Translations under genes and position numbers: made by a program
NCBI GenBank assembly: GCA_951406725.2
Contig: OX597839.1
Coordinates: 2,852,001 to 2,916,000, forward strand
Source of the DNA: Octopus vulgaris
Lineage: Eukaryota
Reading direction: 5' to 3'
Length of the DNA stretch: 64,000 nt
Notes under the pieces: generated by a model
What the model was told of the DNA's origin: nothing
Databases searched by the model: none
What the model saw: the letters and a program-made list of their open reading frames with translations, nothing else
In this document: positions 25,288 to 37,766 of the stretch, piece by piece
Position numbering within the stretch: position 1 is the first letter of the stretch
Layout of the letters: each line of letters begins with the position of its first letter

Positions 25288-25562
25288 GAAAATAAAAAGA
25301 CGAAATAAGTGGAAATTTTATCGGTGAGTGTGTAAAATAATAAGGTACTAAAAGAGAATGACTCTCCCCAGACACAACAGAATATGCTTCAACACATGAA
25401 CTCATATAAAGAATCTTGCAAACCAAATCCAAAAACGAAATATATATATATATATATATATTCATACAAATACAGATATATAAAACACTATACATTCAGT
25501 ATTATTATTTCCAAACAACCTCATTGTCATCTTAATTTTTCATTTCTTTTCTCTCTTGGCAG

Positions 25563-25877
25563 ATTTCTCATCACTCAGTCTGGAGGACGTGGACTCGGTG
25601 TCAGAGGCTGACCGTGACACCTTGGCACCGTTGCCACCACCCACCTGGAACAACCAGTATCCCTACAGCAGTTCCAGCTACCTGCCGCAAAACCTTAGCT
25701 ATGTGCCACCTTACTGCTACACCAACACCGACACCACCAGTTACGTAGGCAGCTTCGTTGATGGATGTGGCGGACCTCCCAGTGCCACTGGTGGTGTGGG
25801 GAGCGGCGGTGTCGGAGGAGGCGGGGGTGGTGGAGGTGGTGGAAATGGAAGTGCAGGCAGTGTACATAGTGGCTCAG
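25563..25877 (+). CDS. DVL: Dishevelled post-DEP exon (DRDTLAPLP motif, poly-Gly tract)
   Basis: tggcag acceptor, gtaaga donor at 25878. Translates FSSLSLEDVDSVSEADRDTLAPLPPPTW...GGGGGGGGGGNGSAGSVHSGS. Phase 1 to 1. Confidence 0.92.
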
Positions 25878-26010
25878 GTAAGAACATTTTTGTAGAAAAT
25901 CTGTTGTTGGTTTGTTCATTATCAATGACAATCAGTGTTATTCTTGGCCCCTTTTTCTCTTACCCACTTTTTCTTCTCTTCTCCATGTCCCCACTTTCAG
26001 TTTGAAGATG

Positions 26011-26232
26011 TATGAGTGGGTGCTAAAAAGTTCCTGGTTTTGGGTAAAAGAAAATACAGGAGGATCAATTAATTATGATTTCATCAAACATATTCCCACC
26101 TCAGACTCACACACCTATTGCAGCAGTCCTTCAATTTTTTTTAAGCCCTGTAAAAGAACTCGGAAAGTTGGGCCTCCAGCCAGACCTTTCACAATACCCT
26201 TAAAGCCAGGAACTTTCAGCACCTCCTCGCAT
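26011..26232. mobile_element. Mariner-derived MITE
   Basis: Imperfect TIRs tatgagtgggtgctaaaaagttcctggtttt and aaagccaggaactttcagcacctcctcgca, TA context. Confidence 0.75.
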
Positions 26233-26599
26233 ATATACTACGATGGTAGCCAGCAACTGTTTTCTGAAATTTAAATCAGCTTCTGATCTCATTTTAGCAT
26301 CCATCTTCAGCTCACACATTTTTTATATATTATTTCTTTGACAAAGTCGCTTCCCCCTTTTCAAATACACTGCTGCCCTTTCGAATGGCCTTTTCCTTTT
26401 CTTTATCTTGCAAGTTACTTAGTGACCTTTCTAGTGCCACTGTCATGAAAATAGTGCCTAGTAAACACTGCAAAGGGGTTGGATTGTAGGAAGGGCATCA
26501 AGCAGTAGGAAGCATGCCATAGCTTGACATTGGGGCCTGTGACATCTCTGCAGCTCATCAGATTCTGTCAAACCATCCATTCTGCTTTCAAATCTTGCT

Positions 26600-26905
26600 G
26601 CAGTATCTGCACCACATTATGCTTGAACAACTTGTGGGGGATGAATGCCACCTCGTGCTGATGCAAATGCAGTCAATATCATTTGGTGTGTTTCTGCGGT
26701 GAAATCCATGTCCTCTCATAGATTCATTTGTGAAAGAAGAATTCATTACCAATGCTGACTCAACAGTAAGCTTAGTGTTTTAGCAGTCTCATACCATTAT
26801 CATTTGGACCATGCCATCCAACAGTAGAGAAAATTCCACGTTTGTTCTATCCAGTTGGATATTGAAGTCTTCAGTTACTATCTTAATAACAAACCTGGGC
26901 ATACT
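26600..26905 (-). mobile_element. Decayed LINE AP-endonuclease fragment (RTE-like)
   Basis: Minus strand with stops: VGWHGPNDNGMRLL...IGNEFFFHK*IYERTWIS, resembling the NDNGxRLL...NTFFxHKxxHxxTWxSP motif. Confidence 0.45.
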
Positions 26906-26964
26906 ATCTTATAAGTAATTGATTATAGAATATACTTTTTTTTACTTCTTCTTTGATTTATCAT

Positions 26965-27570
26965 CATCATTACTACTTTTCTAACTCTGGTTTTGTTGAC
27001 ACTCATGGAATCTTGCATGAGCAGCAGGATTTGCTATCTGTAGCCTATGGTACTATGCTGTTCTTTTCAACTATTTAGTAATTTTGTGATAATTCTGGCT
27101 GTGCCAGAGAGGCAAACTTTTTGTAACAGCTCTAATGGACACTCTTCTCGTTTTTGTTATGTCGATGCCTATATCTTTTGATATTGACCTCAAGGCCCTA
27201 TCAATAATCAACACCATCTTCATCCTTTTTACCTACCACAGTCAAGCTATCTTGTATTTAAGGTGATTGTTCACTTCCACTTTTTTGCATTCCTCATCTG
27301 TGAATCAAATGGGCATACTACATCAGTTATGGGCACACATGATTTACTTTGGCCATCACCACAACTAAGTCCAGTTGTGCTCGAGCACCTGGTCCATTTG
27401 AATTGGGAAATTTCACAAGATTTTGCTAGTCTCCAATTCAGTCACTCCCTGCAGTTTGTGGTTGTACCATGTCTTACCTCTCTCTAACCTCCACTTTTCA
27501 CACAGTTTCAAATGCAGAACTTTTACAACCTCATCATGTTGCCTCAACATATACTGACTGGTTTTGGGGC
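26965..27570 (-). mobile_element. Decayed R4/Dong-type retrotransposon, restriction-like endonuclease region
   Basis: Minus strand: RQHDEVVKVLHLKLCEKW...WYNHK..V....KIL*NFPIQMDQVLEHN...DVVCPFDS...ELLQKVCLSGTARIITKLL, with frameshifts and stops. Confidence 0.7.
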
Positions 27571-27714
27571 AGTCTAGAACATTCATTCACAATATGAGCA
27601 ATAGTTTCATCAAATTCATTATGTATTCAGCACAATGGAGATGCTTGTTTGGTTCTAAGACGGACACTCCAATTTTGGCTAAAGCTTGGTCTTGTGCTGG
27701 AAATATAATGCTCG

Positions 27715-28544
27715 ACCTGGTAGAATCATTAGCATGCTGGACAAAATGCTTAGTCGTATTTTGCCTGCCACTATGTTCTGAGTTCAAATTCCACCAGGAT
27801 CAACTTTGCCTTTCGTCTTTTGGGGTTGATAAATTAAGCCCCATTGAATCACTGGGGTTGAATCACTGCCTTCAAATTTCGGTCCTTGTGCCTATAGTAC
27901 AATTATTATGGTGGCGAGCTGGCAGCATTATTAGCATGCTGGGCAAAATGCTTAGTGGTAGAATCGTTAGGATGCCGGGCGAAACGCTTAGTGGTATTTT
28001 GTCTGCCGCTACATTCTGAGTTCAAATTTCGCCGAGGTCAACTTTGCCTTTCATCCTTTCGGGGTCGATTAAATAAGTACCAGTTATGCACTGGGGTCGA
28101 TATAATCGACTTAATCCCATTGCCTGTCCTTGTTTGTCCCCTCTGTATTTAGGCCCTTGTGGGTAGTAAAGAAATAGGTATTTTGTCTTTCTTCATGTTC
28201 TGAGTTCAAATTCAGCTGAGGTTGACTTTGCCTTTCATTCTCTCAGGGTTGTTAAAATAAGTACTAAATTTCAGGCCTTGTGCCTTAAGTAAGAAAAGAT
28301 TATTATCATTATTATTATTATTATTATCGGGAAAAGTTGGCAGATTCATTAGTGCATCATGGAAATTGCTTAGTAGCATTTCTTCTTGTTCTTTACGTTC
28401 TGAGTTCAAACACTGCTGAGGTCAAGTTTGCCGTTCATCCTTTTGGGTCGCTAAAACAAAGTACCAATTAGATGTTGGGATGTCAATGTCATTGACTTAC
28501 TATTTCCCTTTAAATTTCAGGCCTTGTACTTATTGTAGGAAGGA

Positions 28545-28560
<16 letters not shown>
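27715..28560 (+). mobile_element. Cluster of nested or tandem SINE family C copies (similar cluster at ~54410-56100; single copies 32723-32955 -, 41204-41430 +)
   Basis: Repeated gttctgagttcaaatt...actttgcctttcatccttt motifs separated by (ATT)n tails. Confidence 0.8.
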
Positions 28561-28575
<15 letters not shown>

Positions 28576-29450
28576 TATTATTATTTAACATTTCTGCTGG
28601 TTTGTGTTTGTGTGTTCACATTGTCACTGTTGCTATTGTCAACATAAAATCTTTTCATTGAATTAAACTTACATTGAATTGTTTTTGTTTTGTTTTTTTT
28701 TTGGTGGGGGTGAAGAGGAGGGAGAGTCATCTAAAACATAATGTGACTCATGACCATCAACATCACTATGACAACCATCACCACCACCACCACCACCACC
28801 ACCATCATCATCATCATTATTATTGTTGTCATTATCATTAAACTCTACCCGGTGTTATTCCCTTGATAGAATGGAAGGAAACCTTCTTTGAATCCTCTTT
28901 GTGGTGGTCAGCCAGACAGCACGAATGGATCATGCTCATCACTGCCATTGTCATCACTGTCATCATCATCATCATTTATTATTGGGAATCAATGCTAGTA
29001 GTTTACTAGTAGTTTGCTAGTAGTCTTGGAGTTACTAAGGAACACTTGTGTCATCATCATCATCGTCATCATTGTTGTTGTCATTATGATCTTAATAAGC
29101 ATGAAGATATAATGGAGTTTAGTTTTAGCTATTAGCTATTGTAATAAAAAAAAAAGGGGGAACAAAACAATCTTTTTTTTTTTAAGAGTATGTTCAGGAA
29201 GCCATCTTCCACTGCCACAATTTTTATTTTGTCTTTTATTACATTTCCAGCAGAGATGTTTTTGTTTCTTTATTTGTTTTTTTTTTTATGTAAATATTTT
29301 TATTCAAAATTTTACTTCTGTGAATCTGTGCATGTAATAATACTCTGTGTGACTGGGAAAGAGAGAGGTTAAATAAATGTTTGTCCTAGTAATTATGATG
29401 AAATGAAAACATTTGGAAAAACAGTTTTTTTTTTCTTGAAACACAAACAT

Positions 29451-29488
<38 letters not shown>

Positions 29489-29680
29489 GCGTGTGTATGT
29501 GTGTGTGTGTGTGCATGTGCACATGCAGGAGCACACACACACACTGGCATGACATACAGATGCATGCACTTATTCATACAGACACACACACATACACTGA
29601 AAGCCACTGATATACATGCAGATACACAACCACAGACACAGAGATGCACATGCTCTCACATTCACACACACACACACACG

Positions 29681-29741
<61 letters not shown>

Positions 29742-31861
29742 TCTCCTCTATTTCATACACACTTGTACAAACATATGCATAGCTTTTATTTTTTAAACTA
29801 GAGTAGCTCTTAGTTACTTAGCATCAGCATAAAGCAAAGAATGAGCCTCTACCAGGCTGCTCTATTGGGTAGAAATACCAGCCAAATATCCATAGATTAT
29901 ATCCGGCTGTCCAATAAAGCTAGGAGGAACCAGTGTGAAATTCTGTTTGTGATTGCCTGATCTGCTAGAAATAGCAGCTATGTCTCCTTTTAAATCTCTC
30001 CCTCCTGTCAGAATCATCATCATCATATTCATCATCGTTTAGTGTCCGCTTTCCATGCTGGCATGGGTTGGATGGTGCAACTGGGGTTTGGGAAGCCAGA
30101 AGGCTGCACCAGGCCCAGTCTGATCTGGCAGTGTTTCTACGGCTGGATGCCCTTCCTAACGCCAACCACTCCATGAGTGTAGTGGGTGCTTTTTACGTGC
30201 CACCGACACAGAATAGGTTAGAGAATGTGATCCAGGTGATTACAAACTGGATGTTGGTTATGATGATGATGGTTTTTAGTTGATCTAATCAACAGAACAG
30301 CCTGCTTGTGAAATTAACGTGAAAGTGGCTGAGTGCTCCATAGACACATCTGTTGTTAACATAGTTCTTAAGCAGATTCAGCATAATACAGAATGTGACA
30401 CAGATGGGCCTTTTGAATTACAGGTACAACACATTGTAGGTATGTTACTAATAGGTTTACTCAAACCTATCGTTAACATAACCAATAATGACTACTGGAA
30501 ACGGCTGTAAGCCAAAATTTACTTTAATGACGGAAAACTATGTGATGACCCTTAGGGTTGATTTGTTTAAACCCTCATAGTGGTGCCCCAGCATGGCCAC
30601 AGGCCGATGAATGAAAGAAGTAAAATGAAATATAAATACAAAAAGCATACCCATGAATAAGCTATACTGTGTGCTGTTCGTTATTTTAACGACAAATTGA
30701 TGTGGTTTGAGGGAGTTTTGACTACTATATTTCACAGGTTGAGCAGTCAGGTAGAAGTCCTCTTGTTAACTTAGCTTTTGTTGTTGAACCCCTGGTCAGT
30801 GTTAGTTCTGACCAAGTGAAACTAAGATCAAAAATGTTCCTATTGTGACCATCCCTACCTTGTTTTAGAACGGAATATTCAGCACTGCATTACTTGGTGT
30901 TTCCCCCACCCCTTAGTAGGGTGTATGATTTGAAGAGGATCTGGCAAGTGTTTCGGTCGTCGGTTGAATGAGTGTAAATGCTCTCCTCCCTTGGGCAGGG
31001 TCTTCCTTATTGCCTTGATAAATAAGGAATCATAAGTTATTGAGAGATGATGATGATGATGACACTGCTAATAAAAAATATTTTCCTAATAACGATTAAG
31101 TATTTTTCATTCCAATTGTAACATTTAATACATGAAAGTTCTCTGCTCTTTTTAAAAATCTTACAAAAATAGCCAAAGGTAAGGAAGGATATTGTGCTTT
31201 ACAAAACATACAAGCTTTTATTATTATTATTATTATTATTGTTATTATTTTGTGGGGGGTTTTCTTTTTTGCATGGCTTGCATTTGTTTTCTTTCTTGTT
31301 CTACTTTTCTTCTTATTTTTTTGTTACTGCTTCCCCTTTGCTTACACATTGTTTTCTGTCTTTTTTTTTTTTTACTCTTTTATTATCGGAAAATTGCCAG
31401 TTCTTTAAATTTTCGAAACAGAAATGTTTTCCTATTTTTAATACTTCAACCCACATCCCATATGCTGTGTATATTGACTTGAGGTGCATTTTTATCCTTC
31501 AAGGACTGACTGGATATATAAGGATTTTAATTTTGTTTACAGATTATATCTTTGATGGTAATAATAATCATACAAAAATTGCTTAGTTGATCGAGAGGGA
31601 GGGCTAGTTAGTCAGTGTCCATGGCCTTCACAAACTGTCCGAGGCTGCAGGTGAAACTGATACAGTTTATATTCAGCTTGACCATCTTTAAGGAAAAACA
31701 TTATGGGCAGCAGTGGATTCCAGAGAATGGATGTTAATTGTGGAGCTAGGACTGGGTAATATGGTGAGTGTGAGAGCCTAGGTGAGAATAGGGAAGGGGA
31801 GTGATTCATGGGGTCTTAGATATGGAACTAGCTGGTTGCATGGAACAGAGGCTGTAGTAGC

Positions 31862-31958
<97 letters not shown>

Positions 31959-33981
31959 AAACAAAGGAGTGTAAGAGGCACAGGACAGTTTGTTAAAGGG
32001 TACAGATGTTTTAGCGCTAAAGTGTTAAAGCCCCTGTACCCTTCCAACTGGCCATATCCAGCCCAAATATTCAACGGGTTTTATATTCAAACCAGGCAGA
32101 ATCAGCCACATACATCTTCAATGTAATCCTGAAAACAAACAATCACATCATGAAAGTTTTGATGCCATGATATAATGCATGGTTAATTGAAAACAACGTG
32201 AATGAATAAGCGTGATACTTGACGGAGTAATCTGAATGCTACAGGGTTAGTGTTGGGGGTCTTTGCAGTTAGATGGAGTTTCTTTTGGATTGGGGCCTTA
32301 GATATTTTTGTGTAAGTAGCAACAGTAGTGATATTCTCTGTGTATGTGTGTATGCATGTGCACACACACACACTTGTATATGTGAAGGTACATGGCTCAG
32401 TGGTTCGAGCCATGTGCCTTCACATATGCAAGTATATATCATGAGGTGGTGAGTTCAATTCCTGGACTGGGCTGTGTGTTGTGTTCTTGAGCAAGACACT
32501 TTATTTTGCATTGTTCCAGTTCACTCGTCTGTAGAAATGAGTTGTGACATCACTGGTGCCAAGCTGTATCGGCCCCTTTGCCTTTCCCTTGGATAACATT
32601 GGTGGTGTGTTAGTGCAAAATAATTATTAAATTGAGAATTATGAACATATTCTTTACTGAGTTATTGTACAGGAACTTGGAAACAAATAATATCCCCAAA
32701 ATTTCCAATTTCCTTATCTATATTTATTTCTTTATTACCCACAAGGGGCTAAACACAGAGAGGACAAACAAGGACAGACAAACGGATTAAGCCGATTATA
32801 TCGACCCCAGTGCGTAACTGGTACTTAATTTATCGACCCCGAAAGGATGAAAGGCAAAGTCGACCGCGGCGGAATTTGAACTCAGAACGTAACAGCAGAC
32901 GAAATACGGCTATGCATTTCACCCGGTGCGCTAACGTTTCTGCCAGCTCGCCGCCTTTTTTCCTTATCTATATTGTTTAGTTTTTGTGTGCTTGGTGATG
33001 CAAACAGGGGAAGAACACAAAACATGAGTATATGTATTTTTAATAATATTTAGCAGCAGGAACTGAAGGGCTGTGTGTTTTGTGCATTAAGTGCTAATGC
33101 CTGAAACTCTAGGTCCTCCAGTCACTCAGTTCCTTCTAATAAGAATGTGTGTGGGTGTATGTACACACACACATACACGCAAACATGATTATGATGCTGT
33201 GGAAGCAATACACCTTTGAAAGTTACACTTCATCCGTGTCATGGGTCAACAATAACTGATGAGAGCTGAAGAGGAAGCCGGATGTTTAGACACACAGTCA
33301 AAAATATTTACGTATGTAGCAGTAGTAGGAGTAGCTCTGGGACATACATGTGAAAAGTCGTCCAATGTGGGTCTTTCTTGCACCTTTTATCTCTGTATAC
33401 AGAGGCCTCTGCGACTAGCCTTGAATGCACCACCAAAACTTTACTTTTACTCCGTTCTTGAGTTTGTGTTTTACTATTTGCATGGCCTGTCTTATTAAAA
33501 TAGTTTGCTCTTGTGTTCTGTAAATGGCAGATTCTAATACTACCTGGCATTTCTATCGTGAATGTTGCCCTTCACTGTACAAGACTTCACTGAATGTTCC
33601 AAAGAAACCTGACTGTTTAAATCTACTGTGGGGCACTCCCTCATCTTCTCTCCATATTATTCTATTTCCTACTTTTCTACTTCAACAATCATTCTTTTAT
33701 ATTTTATCTTTTACTTGTTTCATTTATGCAACTGTGGCCATCCAGGGGCATCATCTTGAAGGGGTTTGGTTGAACAAATTGATCCCGGAGTTTTTTTTTT
33801 TTTTTTTGGAAGTCTGGTCTTTATTTTATAGGTTTCTTTTTTTCAACGGCTAAGCTCCATCAACAAACCAACACCAGTTGTCAATTGTTCGGCATATAAA
33901 TGCAAAGACACACACATGCACATGCGCTCACCTACACATGATGGCCTTCCATACAGTTTTTCTCTACCAAATTTACTCACA

Positions 33982-34038
<57 letters not shown>

Positions 34039-34134
34039 CGTTAGTAGTTTGGGCAAAATGCTTAGCAACAATTCTTTTGACTCTTTTCATTCTAATATAG
34101 TATGTTTACCATCGTAGTCATACTTGCGTTTATA

Positions 34135-34983
34135 CTCTTTACATTCTGTGTTCAATTTTTGTTGATTTTGCTTTTCATCCTTTCATGGTTGATAAAAATC
34201 AGCACCAGCCGAGCACTGTGCTTTGTGTAATCAACTGATCCTGTCTCTCAATAACTTGCTTTGCCATAAGCCAAACTTTCAAACCATTATTTAATCATTT
34301 TAGTGTTGCTTTATTAATATCTGTGTAATTTAGCAGTTTGGCAAAGTGAACAATAAAATAAGTGTCAGACTTTAAAACGAAAGTGCCATGCTAGCTTTTT
34401 GCTCTTGCTTAGAAGATGGTTAATACTTTTGTCTTCTTTTCCACATTATCATCATTATTATTAGTAGTAGTAGTAGTAGCAGCAGTAGTAGTAGTAGTAC
34501 TGAGTAGTGGATTTGCAGCATTGTTAGAGCTTCATACACAATACCTTGCAAGTGTATGTTCTGGTTCTTTGTGCTCAGAGTTTGAATCTCAGCAAAGTCG
34601 TTTTTTTCCTTTTCATCCTTCTGAAGTCAATAAAGTACCAGTCAAAATTATTGGTACTAAAATTAGAACCCATTCATAATAAGTGTTTTGCTTAGCTTGT
34701 GCATTGGGCCACATGCTAAGCAACATTTCTTCTAGCTCTTTACATTCTGTGTTCAAATTTTGTTGATTTTGCTTTTCATCCTTTCATGGTTGATAAAAAT
34801 CAGCACCAGCCGAGCACTGTGCCTTGTGTAATCAACTGATCCGGTCTCTCAATAACTTGCTTTGCCGTAAGCCAAACTTTCAAACCATTATTTAATCATT
34901 TTAGTGTTGCTTTATTAATATCTGTGTAATTTAGCAGTTTGGCAAAGTGAACAATAAAATAAATGCCAGACTTTAAAACGAAA
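34135..34983. repeat. Recent direct duplication of ~248 bp (34135-34382 and 34736-34983)
   Basis: Near-identical copies offset by 601 bp, made of old SINE fragments. Confidence 0.9.
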
Positions 34984-35511
34984 AGAAAAAAGTAAATTAC
35001 TGGGGTTGATTTGTTTGGTTAAAAACCCTTCAAGGTGGTGCCCCAGCATGGCCACAATAAATTGACTGAAACAAGTAAAAGGTTAAAAAGATAATGAGTC
35101 ACTAAGATTTCAATAGAACACGATTAGATCTTGTAAGAACCAGTCAGAGACCCCTGACAGGAACTCTCTGATGACAAGGCTTGAACTCTGCATCAGGGTG
35201 TCCATATTATTTACCCTTCAGAGCTCATGCTGAATGTTTTACAAAATTCCACTCAAATTCCTGATAAGCTTTTTTTTTCGAAACGAATTATGACTCACAG
35301 GTACTGTTTGAGATACGATAACGAAAGACTTACAGTTTCTGGGCCTTCCCCCTGCACTCATTTGCCCCTCTGCCATAACTGCATGAAAATCTTTTTCTTT
35401 TTTTCCCCTTACTATCTCTTTTTGTTTTTATTTGAAATAATCATCGTTGGAAAATCCAAAAGACTTTTTTTGTGTTTTTTTTGTTTTTTGTTTGTTTGTT
35501 TGTTTTTGTAG

Positions 35512-35688
35512 CGAAAGACTGCACTTGTCTAATTAGTACTTACAATCATTTGCGCAAACTTTGGGAAAATAAGAATAAACAAATCTCTCATCAACATCAT
35601 GCGAATTGTCGAGGAAATGTGCGACAGACAAGCACCCAGCATGTTGACCGGGAGCAAGTCTGCAGAGCAAGCTCGATGTATAGCTCGG
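35512..35688 (+). CDS. DVL: Candidate 177-nt alternative cassette exon of Dvl
   Basis: Long T-rich tract ending in tag, then an open phase-1 frame AKDCTCLISTYNHLRKLWENKNKQ...RASSMYSS. Donor g|gtttgt. Length is divisible by 3. Confidence 0.45.
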
Positions 35689-37363
35689 GTTTGTAATATC
35701 GTTTCTGTTTTTGTTTCCGTTTTTATTTGATTTTGATTTAACCTTTATTAAAAAAAAAAAAGACACAAAACCATTTCTTTCCTCCCATCTATCTAACATA
35801 GATTTTCATAGTCAACGGCTTAACCTTAACCCTAAACTCCTTTACCAGTCCCCGTTCGTTTTCCCAGCACAAGCACCACCCTCACCTCACCCCACCTGAT
35901 ATGTTCATAAGAAGACTGTCTGTGTGCTTGCTCAACCTGCTACATGTGTGATCAAATGGCCCCTTGAATTACCACAGAGCACCTTAGAGCCGTCATGGGT
36001 GGCCCATGGTCTATGGGACTTCCTGAAGGGCATGCTTAACAAAATATTACTTAGAATCTTTATTTTTGTTTTTAAGTATTGCAGCCCAGCATTTGATTCA
36101 CCATGTCTCAGGCAGCCTGTTTCATGAAAAATAGTTGCCCCCTCTCTAAAAAAACAAAAACAAAAAAATGAAGTATGGTTTATTAGACAAAGGCAATGGC
36201 CCACATTTATATTTTTTATTTGTTTATTATTTTACATTTGTCTTATCCCCCCTCCAACCACCATTTCTGTTGCTTAGACTATTGTGTCATGATTTAATTT
36301 CTGTTTAACCTTTAGCATACTGAAGGCGAATCATGTTGCCATACAAGTTATCTCCCCAGGCACACTGTGTTGCATTGAGAGGGGTGAAAACTCCTACTGC
36401 AACAGGATTTACCTTCTGTGTGCTAAAGGTTGAAGCAGAAATTGAATAAAACATGACACAACAACCTATCTAAAAGCTATCAGCTGCTCAGTGACCCACA
36501 TTATATTAGATCTGAAAAAATTTGATAACGTTTGAGGCCCTTTGCCCTTTAGCATTTAAATGGACCACAATGTGAATGCTAAGAGGTTAAACAAGCCATA
36601 TCCAGCACAAATATTCTACCAGATCTAATCTCTCTCACTTACCTTACAATGTCATTCTAAAAATAACCAATGACATCAATGAAATCTTGGAGCTATGAGA
36701 TAATTCATGACTATTGAAAGCAATGCAAATAAATAAATATGAAATTTGACAGTAATCTGAATGGTGGATGGTGAGAGAACACATGAGTGAGCAACTTGAG
36801 AACTGTGGCGCATCCATCACCAATCCATGCGTTTGATAATGTCTCCCTAGAAAGACAGAGTGACCTTGGCTTTCAATCAAAGGTCTGATTGATCTGGGGC
36901 TGAACTGGTGCTAAACAGTAACAGTAACCTATTCCCTTTTAGCCCTACTCCACACCATCCCATCGCCACAACTATCCAAGTCTCCTCATGTCCTAGTAGG
37001 AGCTGTCTCTATGCGGTTGCTTAGCCTTCTAGATACAGAACCCTAATCTCCCTCAAATCACTCCATACCATCATTAAAAAAACACAAACTGAAAAATAGG
37101 AAAGACATATTGTGTAAAGTAATTTGAGATGCACTAAGTATGATGTGGAATATTTGGGCTGGATATGGCTGGTTAACATGCTAAAGGGTTAAAAAGGACT
37201 CGTTGAGCACTGTCCTAGCTCTGCCAAAAAAATGGGATGGTCAGAATTAGGTATTATTGATTATAGGTATATTTAGTTAGTGTTGTCTTGGGGTTGAATA
37301 ATATTGCCCAACAATTTTAACATTTTATTTTAATTTTTGTTGACTTCTACAACTGCATCAACC

Positions 37364-37766
37364 CAGGAGTGGCTGTGTGGTAAGTAGCTTGTTTACCAAC
37401 CACATGGTTCCGGGTTCAGTCCCACTGCGTGGCACCCTGGGCAAGTGTCTTCTACTATAGCCCCGGGCCGACCAAAGCCTTGTGAGTGGATTTGGTAGAC
37501 GGAAACTGAAAGAAGCCTGTCGTATATATGTACATATATATATGTGTGTGTGTGAGTTTGTATGTCTGTGTTTGTCCACCCAACATCGCTTGACAGCCGA
37601 TACTGGTGTGTTTATGTCCCCGTCACTTAGCGTTTCGGCAAAGAGACCGATAGAATAAGTACTGGGCTTACAAAGAATAAGTCCTGGAGTCGATTTGTTC
37701 GACTAAAGGCGGTGCTCCAGCATGGCCACAGTCAAATGACTGAAACAAGTAAAAGAGTAAAGAGTA
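37364..37766 (+). mobile_element. tRNA-derived SINE family A
   Basis: Matches other family A copies end to end. Confidence 0.85.

Noticed and set aside
31503-31586. Possible alternative terminal exon (...DYIFDGNNNHTKIA*)
   Set aside because: Only a generic acceptor, AT-rich composition, and no other support.
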